This document shows positions 40,672-50,029 of a stretch of DNA of 64,000 bases, in pieces. Both the position numbers and the translations under genes were made by a program. Each line of letters opens with the position of its first letter. Position 1 is the first letter of the stretch. The stretch is from Candidatus Kutchimonas denitrificans (GTDB taxonomy: Bacteria; Gemmatimonadota; Gemmatimonadetes; Palauibacterales; KS3-K002): positions 25,042 through 89,041 of the forward strand of contig JAACAK010000083.1 in assembly GCA_011774835.1 (NCBI GenBank). The letters run 5' to 3'. The notes below the pieces were generated by a model. The model was not told where the DNA came from. It did no database searches and saw only the letters and a program-made list of their open reading frames with translations.

Positions 40672-41979
40672 ATGAACTCTCACAGGGACGTCGACAGGGG
40701 TGTGATTCACTTCGATTTCAGCGAGCACAGCCTGGAGAACGGGCTGCGGGTGATAGTGCAGGAGGACCATACGGCGCCGGTGGTCTCGGTCCACGTCATG
40801 TATCACGTCGGGTCGAAGCACGAGCGGAAGGGGCGGACGGGCTTCGCTCACCTGTTCGAGCACCTGATGTTCCAGGGCTCGGAGCATGTGGCGGATGACG
40901 CCCACTTCCGGTACGTGCAGGATGCGGGCGGCACGCTGAACGGCAGCACGTGGTTCGACCGCACGAACTACTACGAGACGCTGCCGACCAACGAGCTCGA
41001 GCTGGGGCTGTGGCTGGAGTCGGACCGGATGGGCTTCTTCGAGTCGGCGATCACGCAGGAGAAGCTGGACAACCAGCGCGACGTGGTGAAGAACGAGCGG
41101 CGCCAGTCGTACGAGAACCGGCCGTACGGTCTGGCGATGGAGACGATCCTGCGGATGGTCTATCCCGAGGGTCACCCGTACCGTCATCCGACGATCGGGT
41201 TCATGGAGGACCTGGACGCGGCGAGCCTGGAGGACGTTCGCGGGTTCTTCCGCAAGTTTTACCGGCCGGAGAACGCCGTTCTGGTGCTGGTGGGCGACGT
41301 GGAGGCGGAGCGAGGCTTCGACCTGGCCGAGCGGTACTTCGGCGCGATACCCCGGGGCCCCGGGGCGGCGCAGGTGACGGCGCCCGGAGTTCCGCCCGGG
41401 CAGGAGGTACGCGAGACGATGCGGGACAACGTTCAGTTCCCGCGGGTCTACGTGTTCCACCACGCGCCGGCGTTCGGCCAGGAAGGCTTCGAGGCCGCCG
41501 ATGTTCTGACGGGGCTGCTGGCGGACGGAAAGAGCTCGCGGCTGTACCGAAAGCTGGTCTACGAGCGGCGCATCGCCCAGGACGTGAACGCCTCGGTCTA
41601 CCCCACCGAGGACTGCGGGCTTTGCTTCATCGTGGCTACCGCTCGGCCGGGCGTCGAAGCGGCGGCCCTGGAAGAGGCGATACTCGAAACGTTGGCCGAG
41701 ATCCATGACGGGCCCCCGGGCGCCGACGAGGTCGAGGGTGCGGTGAACCGCACGGCCCGCGAGCTGGTCTCGGTGCTGAACGGTGTGGGGAACCGCTCCG
41801 ATGCGATCGCGACATCGGCGACGTTCCTGGGACGACCCGGCTACGTGAACGAGCTCTTCGGACGAATGAACGCGGTGACCCCGGAAGCGGTGCGCGATGT
41901 CGGGCGGACCTGGCTGGTCCCCGAACGGCGGGCCACCCTTCACGTGCTGCCGAGTGAGAAGTCGGGAGGTGGTGGATGA
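40672..41979 (+). CDS. M16-family zinc peptidase (insulinase-like, active-site subunit)
   Basis: The HxxEH motif is present in GFAHLFEHLMFQGS. ATG 40672 is in frame within track ORF 40561..41979; the upstream part of that ORF overlaps the rnpB terminator. Confidence 0.85.
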   Translation: MNSHRDVDRGVIHFDFSEHSLENGLRVIVQEDHTAPVVSVHVMYHVGSKHERKGRTGFAHLFEHLMFQGSEHVADDAHFRYVQDAGGTLNGSTWFDRTNYYETLPTNELELGLWLESDRMGFFESAITQEKLDNQRDVVKNERRQSYENRPYGLAMETILRMVYPEGHPYRHPTIGFMEDLDAASLEDVRGFFRKFYRPENAVLVLVGDVEAERGFDLAERYFGAIPRGPGAAQVTAPGVPPGQEVRETMRDNVQFPRVYVFHHAPAFGQEGFEAADVLTGLLADGKSSRLYRKLVYERRIAQDVNASVYPTEDCGLCFIVATARPGVEAAALEEAILETLAEIHDGPPGADEVEGAVNRTARELVSVLNGVGNRSDAIATSATFLGRPGYVNELFGRMNAVTPEAVRDVGRTWLVPERRATLHVLPSEKSGGGG

Positions 41980-43346
41980 CGGAGCTGGACCGCAGGGCAC
42001 GACCGGCGCCGGGGCCGGAGCCACAGATCAAACTGCCGCGCTTCACCCGCTTCCAGCTGAAGAACGGACTCAGCGTGCTGGTGATGCGGCACGACGACAT
42101 GCCCGAGGTTTCCGGCCGGCTGCTCTTCTTGCGCGGAGCCGCGAACGACCGGCGCGATCGGGCCGGCACCGCGCTGATGGTGGCCCGGGCGCTGACCGAG
42201 GGGACGAAGGAGAGGTCGGCCCGTGAGATCGCCGAATGGGCCGGCCATCTCGGCGTCCGGTTCGGGGTCGATGTAAACCACGACAGCTCGATGCTGAGCT
42301 TCCATTGCCTCAGTCGCGTTCTGGACGGTGCCCTCGAGTTTCTGGCCGAGGTCACCACCCGGCCGGCATTCGCCGAGGACGAGGTGGCGCGTCTGCGCGA
42401 TGAGCGGCTGGACGAGATCGCCGCCGGAATGGATGAGCCGCGCGTGGTCGCCAGCCTCCGGGTGAGAGAAGCGGTCTTCGGCGAAGATCCCTACGGCATG
42501 AGGGTGGGCGGCACCGATGAGACCGTGCGGTCGATCGAGCCCGGAACGCTCCGCGATTTTCACGAGCGATTCTATCGGCCGTCGGCGGCCACTCTGATCC
42601 TGGTAGGCGACCTTCCCGACGCCGCGACGCTGGAGCGGCAGCTCGAGTCCGTTTTCGGCGGCTGGGAAGGCCCCAGCGCGCCCTCCCTCGGGTTGGACGA
42701 TCCGGTGCCGGCGGATCGCCGGCGGATCTGGGCCATACCGTGGCCCGGCCCCCAGACCGAGATCCGGGTCGGCGGCGTCGGCATCGCTCGCCGAGACGAC
42801 GGCTACGCGGCTGCCATGCTGATGAACTCGATCCTCGGCGGCCTGTTCAGCTCGCGCATCAACATGAACCTCCGCGAAGACAAGGGGTGGACGTACGGCG
42901 CTAGGTCCCGGGTGCAAGCCCGCGCGCGACGTGGCCCGCTCTACGTTGCCACTGCCGTCGACGCGCGCGTCAGCGTCGAGGCGGTGCAGGAAATCCTCGG
43001 TGAGATGGACCTGATGAGATCCGAGGCGCCGGGTGACGAGGAGATGACCCTGGCCGTCAATTCGCTCACCAAGTCGCTCCCCCGTTTGTTCGAGACCGCC
43101 GAGCAGGTGTCCGGACGCATCGCCCACCAGGTCCTCCACGAACTGCCAGACGACTACTGGGAGGGCTACGCCGACATGATCCGGTCCGTCAGACGTGAAG
43201 ACGTACAGCGCGTCGCTCAGCGGATCATCGATATCAACCGCGTCGCCGTGGTCGTCGTGGGCCCCGTGGCTGATTTCCGTCGAGAGCTCGAAGGGCTGGG
43301 GCCGGCGGAGATCCGCGACATCTACGGCCGGCCGGCCGGCGGCTGA
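41976..43346 (+). CDS. M16-family peptidase, second (non-HxxEH) subunit-like paralog
   Basis: It has the same overall fold pattern (FQLKNGLSVLVMRHDDMPEVS..., REDKGWTYGA) but lacks the HxxEH motif. Its ATG overlaps the upstream stop (ATGA). Confidence 0.8.
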   Translation: MTELDRRARPAPGPEPQIKLPRFTRFQLKNGLSVLVMRHDDMPEVSGRLLFLRGAANDRRDRAGTALMVARALTEGTKERSAREIAEWAGHLGVRFGVDVNHDSSMLSFHCLSRVLDGALEFLAEVTTRPAFAEDEVARLRDERLDEIAAGMDEPRVVASLRVREAVFGEDPYGMRVGGTDETVRSIEPGTLRDFHERFYRPSAATLILVGDLPDAATLERQLESVFGGWEGPSAPSLGLDDPVPADRRRIWAIPWPGPQTEIRVGGVGIARRDDGYAAAMLMNSILGGLFSSRINMNLREDKGWTYGARSRVQARARRGPLYVATAVDARVSVEAVQEILGEMDLMRSEAPGDEEMTLAVNSLTKSLPRLFETAEQVSGRIAHQVLHELPDDYWEGYADMIRSVRREDVQRVAQRIIDINRVAVVVVGPVADFRRELEGLGPAEIRDIYGRPAGG

Positions 43347-43586
43347 ACCGCCACCGCGCCGCCGCCTCCCGGCCGGAGCGTCCGGCCGCCGACTCTGCAA
43401 AAATGTGCCGCCTGGAACGGGCCCGAGTTTGGGGCTCGACTTTCGGCCTATTTTCGGTTACCTTGTAAACAGATGTAGGGCATCTCCGGCTCGGCGTGGC
43501 GGTGGGAGAGCGGCGGCGGCAAACACCTGTTTGTACCGGGAGACGCTCTCACACCGCCATTCCAAACCCGACTCACCCCCGCGGAT

Positions 43587-43624
43587 GGAAACCCTCCGGG
43601 GTTCTGACACGTCTATTAAATAGA
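43587..43624 (+). promoter_or_regulatory. ECF-type promoter candidate (GGAAAC - 17 nt - CGTCT) overlapping an AT-rich 13-bp palindrome TCTATTAAATAGA
   Basis: GGAAAC is at 43587-43592 and CGTCT at 43610-43614. The palindrome is at 43612-43624. The element lies about 270 nt upstream of the ECF sigma start. Confidence 0.3.
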
Positions 43625-43895
43625 GGGGTGGTTTCTTCGGGGTGGCCGAAAGTCGGGGCTCGCCGGAGCGGCGAGGCGGCGGCGCGGGCACAATTACTGA
43701 GGGAGCGTGGACAGAAGTACTGAAAACATTGCAGTCGAGGGGCCAGGCCTGCCCCGGGGCTCGATGTGGGCCATGGGCCATAAGTGATTGTGGTTCGGGC
43801 ACTTAGTTGATCGGGCCCTTCTGAGGGTGATGAAATCGAGTGCGGGAATGGATCGTGCACTCGCGAAGGGTGGGGAGAAAAGGGAGGACCTGGCC

Positions 43896-44618
43896 ATGAC
43901 AAAAGAGCGGGCAAAGAGCGACGTTGCCTTGTTGGAGCGTGAAAAGGAACCGGCGGGGCAGGGGTCGCCGGAAAGCGGGCAGTGGGACATGACTCAGGCC
44001 GCAAAAAAGAAAGTTACGGGTTCGGAAGTCGAGAGCCCGCTAGCTAGCCTGGCGGATAACGAGCTGGTGGCGCGGTTTCTGGACGGAAACGGCCTCGCCT
44101 TCCCGGAGCTGGTATCCCGGTACCAGTCGAGGCTGTTGAACTTCATCTACCGAACCATCGGTGATCGGGACCGGGCCGAGGATCTGGTGCAGGAGACGTT
44201 CATTCGCGTCTACCGGCATCTGCATCGCTTCGATCAGACGAAGAAGTTCTCGACCTGGATCTACACGATCGCGAGCAACCTGGCGAAGAACGAGCTCCGT
44301 AACCGGTCTCGCAATCCGCTGGTGCTGTTCCAGACGATCAAGAAGAACTGGGAGGCCGACCATCGGCCGCTGCAGTGGGAAGATCCCCACTACCGGCCGG
44401 ACGACCTCTTCCGCAAGCGGCACCTGCGCGGAGTGGTGGAGAAGGCTGTGGAACAGCTGCCGGAACATCACCGTGCGGTCTTCGTCCTGCGTGAGATGGA
44501 GGGCAAGACGTACGAGGAGATCTCGGAGATCACCGGGGTGAACCTGGGAACGGTCAAGTCCCGGCTGAACCGGGCCCGGAACAACTTCGCGCAGATCGTA
44601 GCGCCGATGTTGCGCTGA
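43896..44618 (+). CDS. ECF-subfamily RNA polymerase sigma factor
   Basis: Region 2 is DRAEDLVQETFIRVYRHLHRFD...FSTWIYTIASNLAKN and region 4 is KTYEEISEITGVNLGTVKSRLNRAR. I chose ATG 43896 because AGGGAGGA lies 7 nt upstream; ATG 43989 is an alternative. Confidence 0.88.
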   Translation: MTKERAKSDVALLEREKEPAGQGSPESGQWDMTQAAKKKVTGSEVESPLASLADNELVARFLDGNGLAFPELVSRYQSRLLNFIYRTIGDRDRAEDLVQETFIRVYRHLHRFDQTKKFSTWIYTIASNLAKNELRNRSRNPLVLFQTIKKNWEADHRPLQWEDPHYRPDDLFRKRHLRGVVEKAVEQLPEHHRAVFVLREMEGKTYEEISEITGVNLGTVKSRLNRARNNFAQIVAPMLR

Positions 44619-44648
44619 TCACATAAATGAGGTCCGACGATGGACGAC

Positions 44649-44677
44649 GGGGCGGCCGCTGGCCGCCCCGTTTTTTT
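44649..44677 (+). terminator. Strong intrinsic terminator directly after the sigma gene
   Basis: GGGGCGGCC-GCT-GGCCGCCCC forms a 9-bp GC stem, followed by G and then a T7 tract. Confidence 0.85.
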
Positions 44678-44845
44678 GCGCTACATTGGTTAACGGTCTC
44701 AGCGCCCATAACCCGGTGACCCGAGCCCGGCCCACCGGGCGGAAATGTCGAACGGCAGGCGGTGGAACTCCTGGGCCGCAGGTGAGTAGATACACCCGAT
44801 CAGCGTTACGGCGATTGGAACGGCGAAAACAGGCGGTCTGCAGAA

Positions 44846-45403
44846 ATGGACTGCGAAGAGTTTCTCCAGGACTACTCCGACTACTTCGACTGGCGTCTCG
44901 AAGAGCACTCGCTCTGCGAGTACCGCCTGCACCTGTCGAACTGTCCCAGCTGCCATGAGTACGACCGCGTCATGCGCAGCGGCCTCCACCTGATCAAAAA
45001 CCTCGAAGCGCCCCACTCCCACCCGGACATCACCTCCCGAGTACAGGAAAAGATCGCGGCTCTGAACCGCCGGCTCGGTCAACGGACCGGCGAGCTGGGT
45101 CGGGCCCTGGCGGTGGCGGGTCTGACGGCGGTAGCCGTACTTTTGATTACATCTCTGCCGGTGTTCCAGCCGTCGGGCGGGACGGTCGAGCTGCCCCCGG
45201 TGGTGGTCGACCGGAGACTCCAGGCGGTCCCGTCGGTGTTCGGACCAGCGCCCAGGTTTCGGAGCTCGTCGAGCGTGATGCGGATGCCGGCCATGCCAGA
45301 GCCGGTCTTCCTGGTCACGCCGCAGGACCGGGCCTCTCTATTTGGCACGCCGCTGGTCGATGTCACGGCGGAACGTGAGCCGGCCAGTCCGGTGACGCAG
45401 TAA
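44846..45403 (+). CDS. Putative anti-sigma factor (zf-HC2 type) with one TM helix
   Basis: The N-terminus MDCEEFLQDY...HLSNCPSCHEY carries the HxxxCxxC zinc-binding motif. A central TM helix follows (LGRALAVAGLTAVAVLLITSLPVF). Confidence 0.65.
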   Translation: MDCEEFLQDYSDYFDWRLEEHSLCEYRLHLSNCPSCHEYDRVMRSGLHLIKNLEAPHSHPDITSRVQEKIAALNRRLGQRTGELGRALAVAGLTAVAVLLITSLPVFQPSGGTVELPPVVVDRRLQAVPSVFGPAPRFRSSSSVMRMPAMPEPVFLVTPQDRASLFGTPLVDVTAEREPASPVTQ

Positions 45404-45457
45404 CGACACGCGCCAATCTGTGTTGACACCCCATCAGCGCCCGTCCAATAGTTCGGT

Positions 45458-46519
45458 ATGGGTCAGCTGACTTATGAGCAGCTTCGCGCCAGGCTGGACC
45501 GTGGCAAGCTGGGCGGGAGCTATTTTCTTATCGCGGAAGACGAGTTCCTGCGTGATGAGGCGATCGAGCTCATCGCGGGAGCTCATCTGGAAGGCGGTTC
45601 GGTCGATTTCGACCTGGACCAGCTGACCGGGTCGGAGGTCGAGGCGTCGGCGCTGGCGGCGGCTCTGGGAACGCCGCCAATGTTGTCGAGCTACCGGGTG
45701 GTGGTGATCCGGGACGGCCAGGGGCTGGTGCCGTCGGCGCGATCGGTGGTGGAGGAGGCGGCGTCAGGGTCGGTGGAAGGGCGGGTTCTGGTGTTGACGG
45801 CGGACATCGGCCGCTCGAAAGCGAAATTCTGGGACCGGCTGCGGAAGGCGTGCCACACGGTCTCGCTGAAGACGCCGCAGGCCGCGGAGCTCCCCGGCTG
45901 GTTGGTGAAGCGGGCCCGGGGCGTGCACGGGCTGGAGCTGGAGACACGGGCGGCGCAGTTGCTGGCGGCGGGAATCGGTGCGCGGCTGGGCGTGCTGGAC
46001 CAGGAGCTGGAGAAGCTGGCGAACTTCGTGGAGCCGAGCCGGCGGGTCGGTCTGGACGAAGTGCGAGCGGCGGTGGGTGCGTTGCCCCAGGTCGATCGCT
46101 GGAGCTGGATCGACAAGGTGGCCGATCGGCGGATCGGCGAGGCGCTCGTCGATCTGCCGGACCTGCTCGACTCGGGCGAAAGCGCGGTGGCGCTAATCGG
46201 TGCGATCAGCGAGTCGTTGTTGCGGGTGGGCCTGGCGCTGGAGGGTCAGAACGCGGTGGTTCGTGTGCTCAAGCGGGACGGTGCCTATCGGAACCTGGGG
46301 TGGAAGGTCAAGACGTACGTGCGGCAGGCTCGGCGCTGGAACGGCGAGGAGATCGAGAGCGCGCTGACGGAGTTGTTTCATGCGGATCGTCTGATCAAGT
46401 CCGGCGGCTTGGCGCCCAGGTCGGCGCTGGAGGAGGCGCTGCTTCGAATCGAGGCACTCGGCTCCAACGGGGGCCGGGGGACCGGGCCCAGGGGGAAGGC
46501 GGGAGGTGGACGTGGTTGA
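45458..46519 (+). CDS. holA: DNA polymerase III delta subunit
   Basis: The length and pattern fit HolA: YFLIAEDEFLRDEAIELI..., VVVIRDGQGL, a C-terminal helical domain and LTELFHADRLIKSG. Confidence 0.75.
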   Translation: MGQLTYEQLRARLDRGKLGGSYFLIAEDEFLRDEAIELIAGAHLEGGSVDFDLDQLTGSEVEASALAAALGTPPMLSSYRVVVIRDGQGLVPSARSVVEEAASGSVEGRVLVLTADIGRSKAKFWDRLRKACHTVSLKTPQAAELPGWLVKRARGVHGLELETRAAQLLAAGIGARLGVLDQELEKLANFVEPSRRVGLDEVRAAVGALPQVDRWSWIDKVADRRIGEALVDLPDLLDSGESAVALIGAISESLLRVGLALEGQNAVVRVLKRDGAYRNLGWKVKTYVRQARRWNGEEIESALTELFHADRLIKSGGLAPRSALEEALLRIEALGSNGGRGTGPRGKAGGGRG

Positions 46520-47363
46520 CGCGAGACGAAGGGGGTGGGGGCGTGGGCGGCGTAGGATCCTCTTGGCCGCGCTCGCGGTCGGTCTGTGGTCGGTGGCAGG
46601 TCCGCCGCGGGACGTGAAGGCGCAAGAGTCCGATTTGCTGGCCCAGGCGGAAGCTCTGGCGGACGAGGGCGTGGCGGGGCAGGCCCGGCAGCTGCTGGCC
46701 CGCTGGGAGGATGAGCACGGCGCGTCGGCGCCGCTGGACGAGCGGGCCCGGGCGTGGTACCTGGCGGCGCGGCTGGCTGAAGAGGGGGAGACCGCCGAGC
46801 TGCTCTATCTGCGGGTGATCGTCGAGGGATCGAGCACGCCGTACGCCGACGATGCGCTTTTGCGCCTGGGTCAGTACAAGTTCGCCCAGGGCGAGCACGG
46901 GAAGGCCATCGAGTACCTGGGACGGCTGCGGCGCGACTACCCCACCAGCGAGCACGGCCCGACGGCGCTGCTGTGGATCGCCAGATCGGCGCGGCTGGCG
47001 GGAGATGATGCCCGGGCCTGTGCCGCGGCGGAGCAGGGCCTCAACGAGCTGGTCCCGGCCACGGACCCGGATCTCGAGATCGCCTTGCTGGAACAGCGCC
47101 GGGGGTGTCACGACGTGACCGGCGCCTATACCGTTCAGGTCGCGGCGTTCAGAGATGACGCAGCGGCGCAGAACCTGGCCCGGGAGCTGCTGACGCTGGG
47201 ATTCGATGCCTGGGTCCTGAACGCGACGGCGGACGACCCGATCTACCGGGTGCGGGTCGGTCGCCGCCTGATCGAGGGAGAAGCGAAGGCACTGGTCGAG
47301 CGGCTGACGCGAATGGGTTACTCGCCGTTCATCGTCCAGGGTACCCGGACGACTGGTGGTTAG
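46506..47363 (+). CDS. TPR/YbgF-like protein with C-terminal SPOR (peptidoglycan-binding) domain
   Basis: The TPR-like block is ALLRLGQYKFAQGEHGKAIEYLGRLRRDYPTSEH. The SPOR-like block is YTVQVAAFRDDAAAQNLARELLTLGFDAWVL...YRVRVGR. Confidence 0.7.
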   Translation: MDVVDARRRGWGRGRRRILLAALAVGLWSVAGPPRDVKAQESDLLAQAEALADEGVAGQARQLLARWEDEHGASAPLDERARAWYLAARLAEEGETAELLYLRVIVEGSSTPYADDALLRLGQYKFAQGEHGKAIEYLGRLRRDYPTSEHGPTALLWIARSARLAGDDARACAAAEQGLNELVPATDPDLEIALLEQRRGCHDVTGAYTVQVAAFRDDAAAQNLARELLTLGFDAWVLNATADDPIYRVRVGRRLIEGEAKALVERLTRMGYSPFIVQGTRTTGG

Positions 47364-47406
47364 CCGGTCGAGTTGACTACGAATAGCGAGCCTGAGCGAG
47401 GAAGGT

Positions 47407-50028
47407 TTGTCCAACGCCCCGAACACGCCGCTGATGCGCCAATACCTGGAGATCAAGGAGCGGCACGGCGACGCCATCCTCTTCTTCCAGGTCGGGGATT
47501 TCTACGAGATGTTCTTCGACGATGCCGTGCAGGCGTCGCAGCTGCTGAACCTGACCCTCACCTCGCGCAACAACGGAGAAGCGGCCGAGGTCCCGCTGGC
47601 CGGCGTGCCGATGAAGGCGGCGCAGGAGTACGTCGAGAAGCTGATCCGAATGGGCCATCGGGTCGCGATCTGCCAGCAGGTGGAGGACGCCTCGCAGACG
47701 CAGAATCTGGTGCGCCGGGAGGTGGTGGAGACGATCACCCCGGGCGCGGTTCTGTCCGACTCGCTGCTGTCGGCGGATCGGAACAACTTCATGGCGGCGC
47801 TGGCCGGCGCGCCGGATGCGGACGCGCTGGGACTGGCGTGGGCGGACATTTCGACGGGCGAGTTCGCCTGTGCCGTCGTGTCGCGCTTCGAACTCGAATC
47901 GGAGCTCGACAGGATCGACGCCCGCGAGCTCGTGTTGCCCCGTTCCTGGGAGTGCGAAGGTGCAGGTCCGGAGCTTCCGCCCCTGCCGCTGACCCCTCGC
48001 GAGGATTGGTGCTTCGACGGCGACATCGCCGCTGACAACATCCGTCGGCATTTCGGAATCCGGAGCCTCTCCAGCCTGGGCCTGACCGAAGCGGGCGACG
48101 AGCTGGCGGTGCGGGCGGCGGGCGCACTGCTGGGCTACCTGCTCGAGGTGCAGCCGGGTGGCGGCGAGCAACTGCGGCCACCCCAGATGGAGCGGGGTGC
48201 TGGCGCTCTCTACATGGACGAGATGACGCGTCGCAACCTCGAGGTCATCCGTCCCATGCGGCCGGAATCCGACGGGACCAGCCTGCTGGACGTGATCGAC
48301 GCCACCCTCACGCCCATGGGTGGTCGGCTCCTCCGGTCCTGGCTCCTGCGGCCGCTGGCCGAAGTGGCGGCCATCCGCCGCCGCCTGGCGGCGGTGGATG
48401 AGCTGCATCGCGACGGCGCGCGCCGGAAGGCCGTGCGGGAGAGCCTGCGCGCGGTGCGTGACCTGGAGCGCCTGGCCGGCAAGGTCGCCGCTGCCCGGGC
48501 GGCGCCCCGGGACCTGCTGGCACTGGCGGGATCGCTCCGCGCGGCACCCGAGGTGCTTGAGGCGCTGGGCGCGGCGGAGAGCGACGAGCTCGGGCACGTC
48601 GCGTCCGGCTACGACCCCGTTCCCGACATGGCGGAGCTTCTGGAGCGTGCGATCGATCCCGACGCGCCGGCGGCGCTGGCGGACGGCGGTGTGATCCGGA
48701 CCGGCTACTCGTCGGAGCTCGACGAGTTGCGTTCGCTGCGGGATGGCGCGGTGAGCTGGATCGCCGATCTGCAGAGCTCCGAGCGAGAGCGCACGAAGAT
48801 CGGCTCGCTGAAGGTCGGTTACAACAAGGTGTTCGGGTACTACATCGAGGTGAGCAAAGCGAACCTGGACAAGGTGCCGGAGGACTATCAGCGACGGCAG
48901 ACCCTGACCAACGCCGAGCGGTTCATCACGCCCGAGCTCAAGGAGTGGGAATCGAAAGTCCTCAGCGCGGAAGAGCGGATCGGGGAGCTGGAGGGAGCCC
49001 TGTTCCGCGAGGTGCGCGAGCGGGTGGCGGCCGAGGTGGACCGGTTGCAGGAACTGGCGAGTCGGATCGCGCGGATCGATGTCTTCTCGGCGCTGGCCCA
49101 CGTGGCCGACCGCAACGCTTACGTCCGTCCCCAGGTCGATGACGACGACCGAATAGACATCCGTGCCGGACGGCACCCGGTGGTCGAGCAGATGATGCCG
49201 CGCGAGCGCTTCGTACCGAACGACGTGCGGCTCGATCGCAGCGAGCGCTTGATCATCCTGACCGGGCCCAACATGGCCGGCAAGTCGACGATCCTGCGGC
49301 AGGTCGGCCTGATCACGCTACTGGCCCAGATCGGCTCGTTCGTACCGGCGGACGCGGCGACGATCGGGGTGACGGATCGGATCTTCACCCGGGTGGGGGC
49401 CAGCGACAACATCGCGCTGGGTCACAGCACGTTCATGGTGGAGATGATCGAGACGGCGGCGATCCTGAACGGGGCGACGGAGCGGAGCCTGGTGCTGCTG
49501 GACGAGATCGGGCGCGGCACCTCGACCTACGACGGGGTCTCGATCGCCTGGGCGGTCACGGAGTACGTTCACGAGCGGATCGGGGCCAAGACGATCTTCG
49601 CCACGCACTACCACGAGCTGACACAGATCTGTGACCTGTTGCCGACGGCCGCGGCCTGGAACGTAGCGGTCAAGGAAGTCGGCGACGAGATCGTCTTCTT
49701 GCGTCGGCTGGAACCGGGCGGCGCCGATCGGTCTTACGGAGTCCAGGTGGCACGGCTGGCGGGGCTGCCGCGGGAAGTGATCGCGCGAGCTCGACAGATC
49801 CTTCTCGACCTCGAAGGTGTAGAAAGGGAGTCGGCCCCGGACCCTGGCGCCGTAGGCCGTCGCGGGCGTCTGCCGGACTCGGCGAACCGGGAGCAGCTGT
49901 CGCTGTTCCGGGCGGCGCCGGAAAGCCCGGCCCTCCAGCGGCTCCGCTCGCTGAAGCCCGAGGAGATGACCCCTTTGGAGGCGCTCAACGCTCTGGCCGA
50001 ACTGCGGGATCTACTGGAGGACGCGTAA
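47407..50028 (+). CDS. mutS: DNA mismatch repair protein MutS
   Basis: Signature blocks are TPLMRQYLEIKERHGDAILFFQVGDFYEMFFDDA, Walker A GPNMAGKSTILRQ, LVLLDEIGRGTSTYDG and HYHEL. The start is TTG with an upstream GGAAGG. Confidence 0.95.
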   Translation: MSNAPNTPLMRQYLEIKERHGDAILFFQVGDFYEMFFDDAVQASQLLNLTLTSRNNGEAAEVPLAGVPMKAAQEYVEKLIRMGHRVAICQQVEDASQTQNLVRREVVETITPGAVLSDSLLSADRNNFMAALAGAPDADALGLAWADISTGEFACAVVSRFELESELDRIDARELVLPRSWECEGAGPELPPLPLTPREDWCFDGDIAADNIRRHFGIRSLSSLGLTEAGDELAVRAAGALLGYLLEVQPGGGEQLRPPQMERGAGALYMDEMTRRNLEVIRPMRPESDGTSLLDVIDATLTPMGGRLLRSWLLRPLAEVAAIRRRLAAVDELHRDGARRKAVRESLRAVRDLERLAGKVAAARAAPRDLLALAGSLRAAPEVLEALGAAESDELGHVASGYDPVPDMAELLERAIDPDAPAALADGGVIRTGYSSELDELRSLRDGAVSWIADLQSSERERTKIGSLKVGYNKVFGYYIEVSKANLDKVPEDYQRRQTLTNAERFITPELKEWESKVLSAEERIGELEGALFREVRERVAAEVDRLQELASRIARIDVFSALAHVADRNAYVRPQVDDDDRIDIRAGRHPVVEQMMPRERFVPNDVRLDRSERLIILTGPNMAGKSTILRQVGLITLLAQIGSFVPADAATIGVTDRIFTRVGASDNIALGHSTFMVEMIETAAILNGATERSLVLLDEIGRGTSTYDGVSIAWAVTEYVHERIGAKTIFATHYHELTQICDLLPTAAAWNVAVKEVGDEIVFLRRLEPGGADRSYGVQVARLAGLPREVIARARQILLDLEGVERESAPDPGAVGRRGRLPDSANREQLSLFRAAPESPALQRLRSLKPEEMTPLEALNALAELRDLLEDA

Positions 50029-50029
50029 T

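Noticed and set aside
43347-43895. tmRNA, SRP RNA or 6S RNA in the 550-bp spacer
   Set aside because: There is no tRNA-like 3' end (GGTTCGAxTCC occurs only in tRNA-Arg), no SRP GGAA-loop consensus, and no clear 5'/3' closing helix with a central bubble.
43458-44004. ORFs 43458..43802(-), 43573..44004(-), 43694..43990(-) and 43496..43723(+) in the long spacer before the sigma gene
   Set aside because: They are Pro/Arg/Ser-rich with no motifs. They overlap each other and the predicted promoter and leader, and lack credible ribosome-binding sites.
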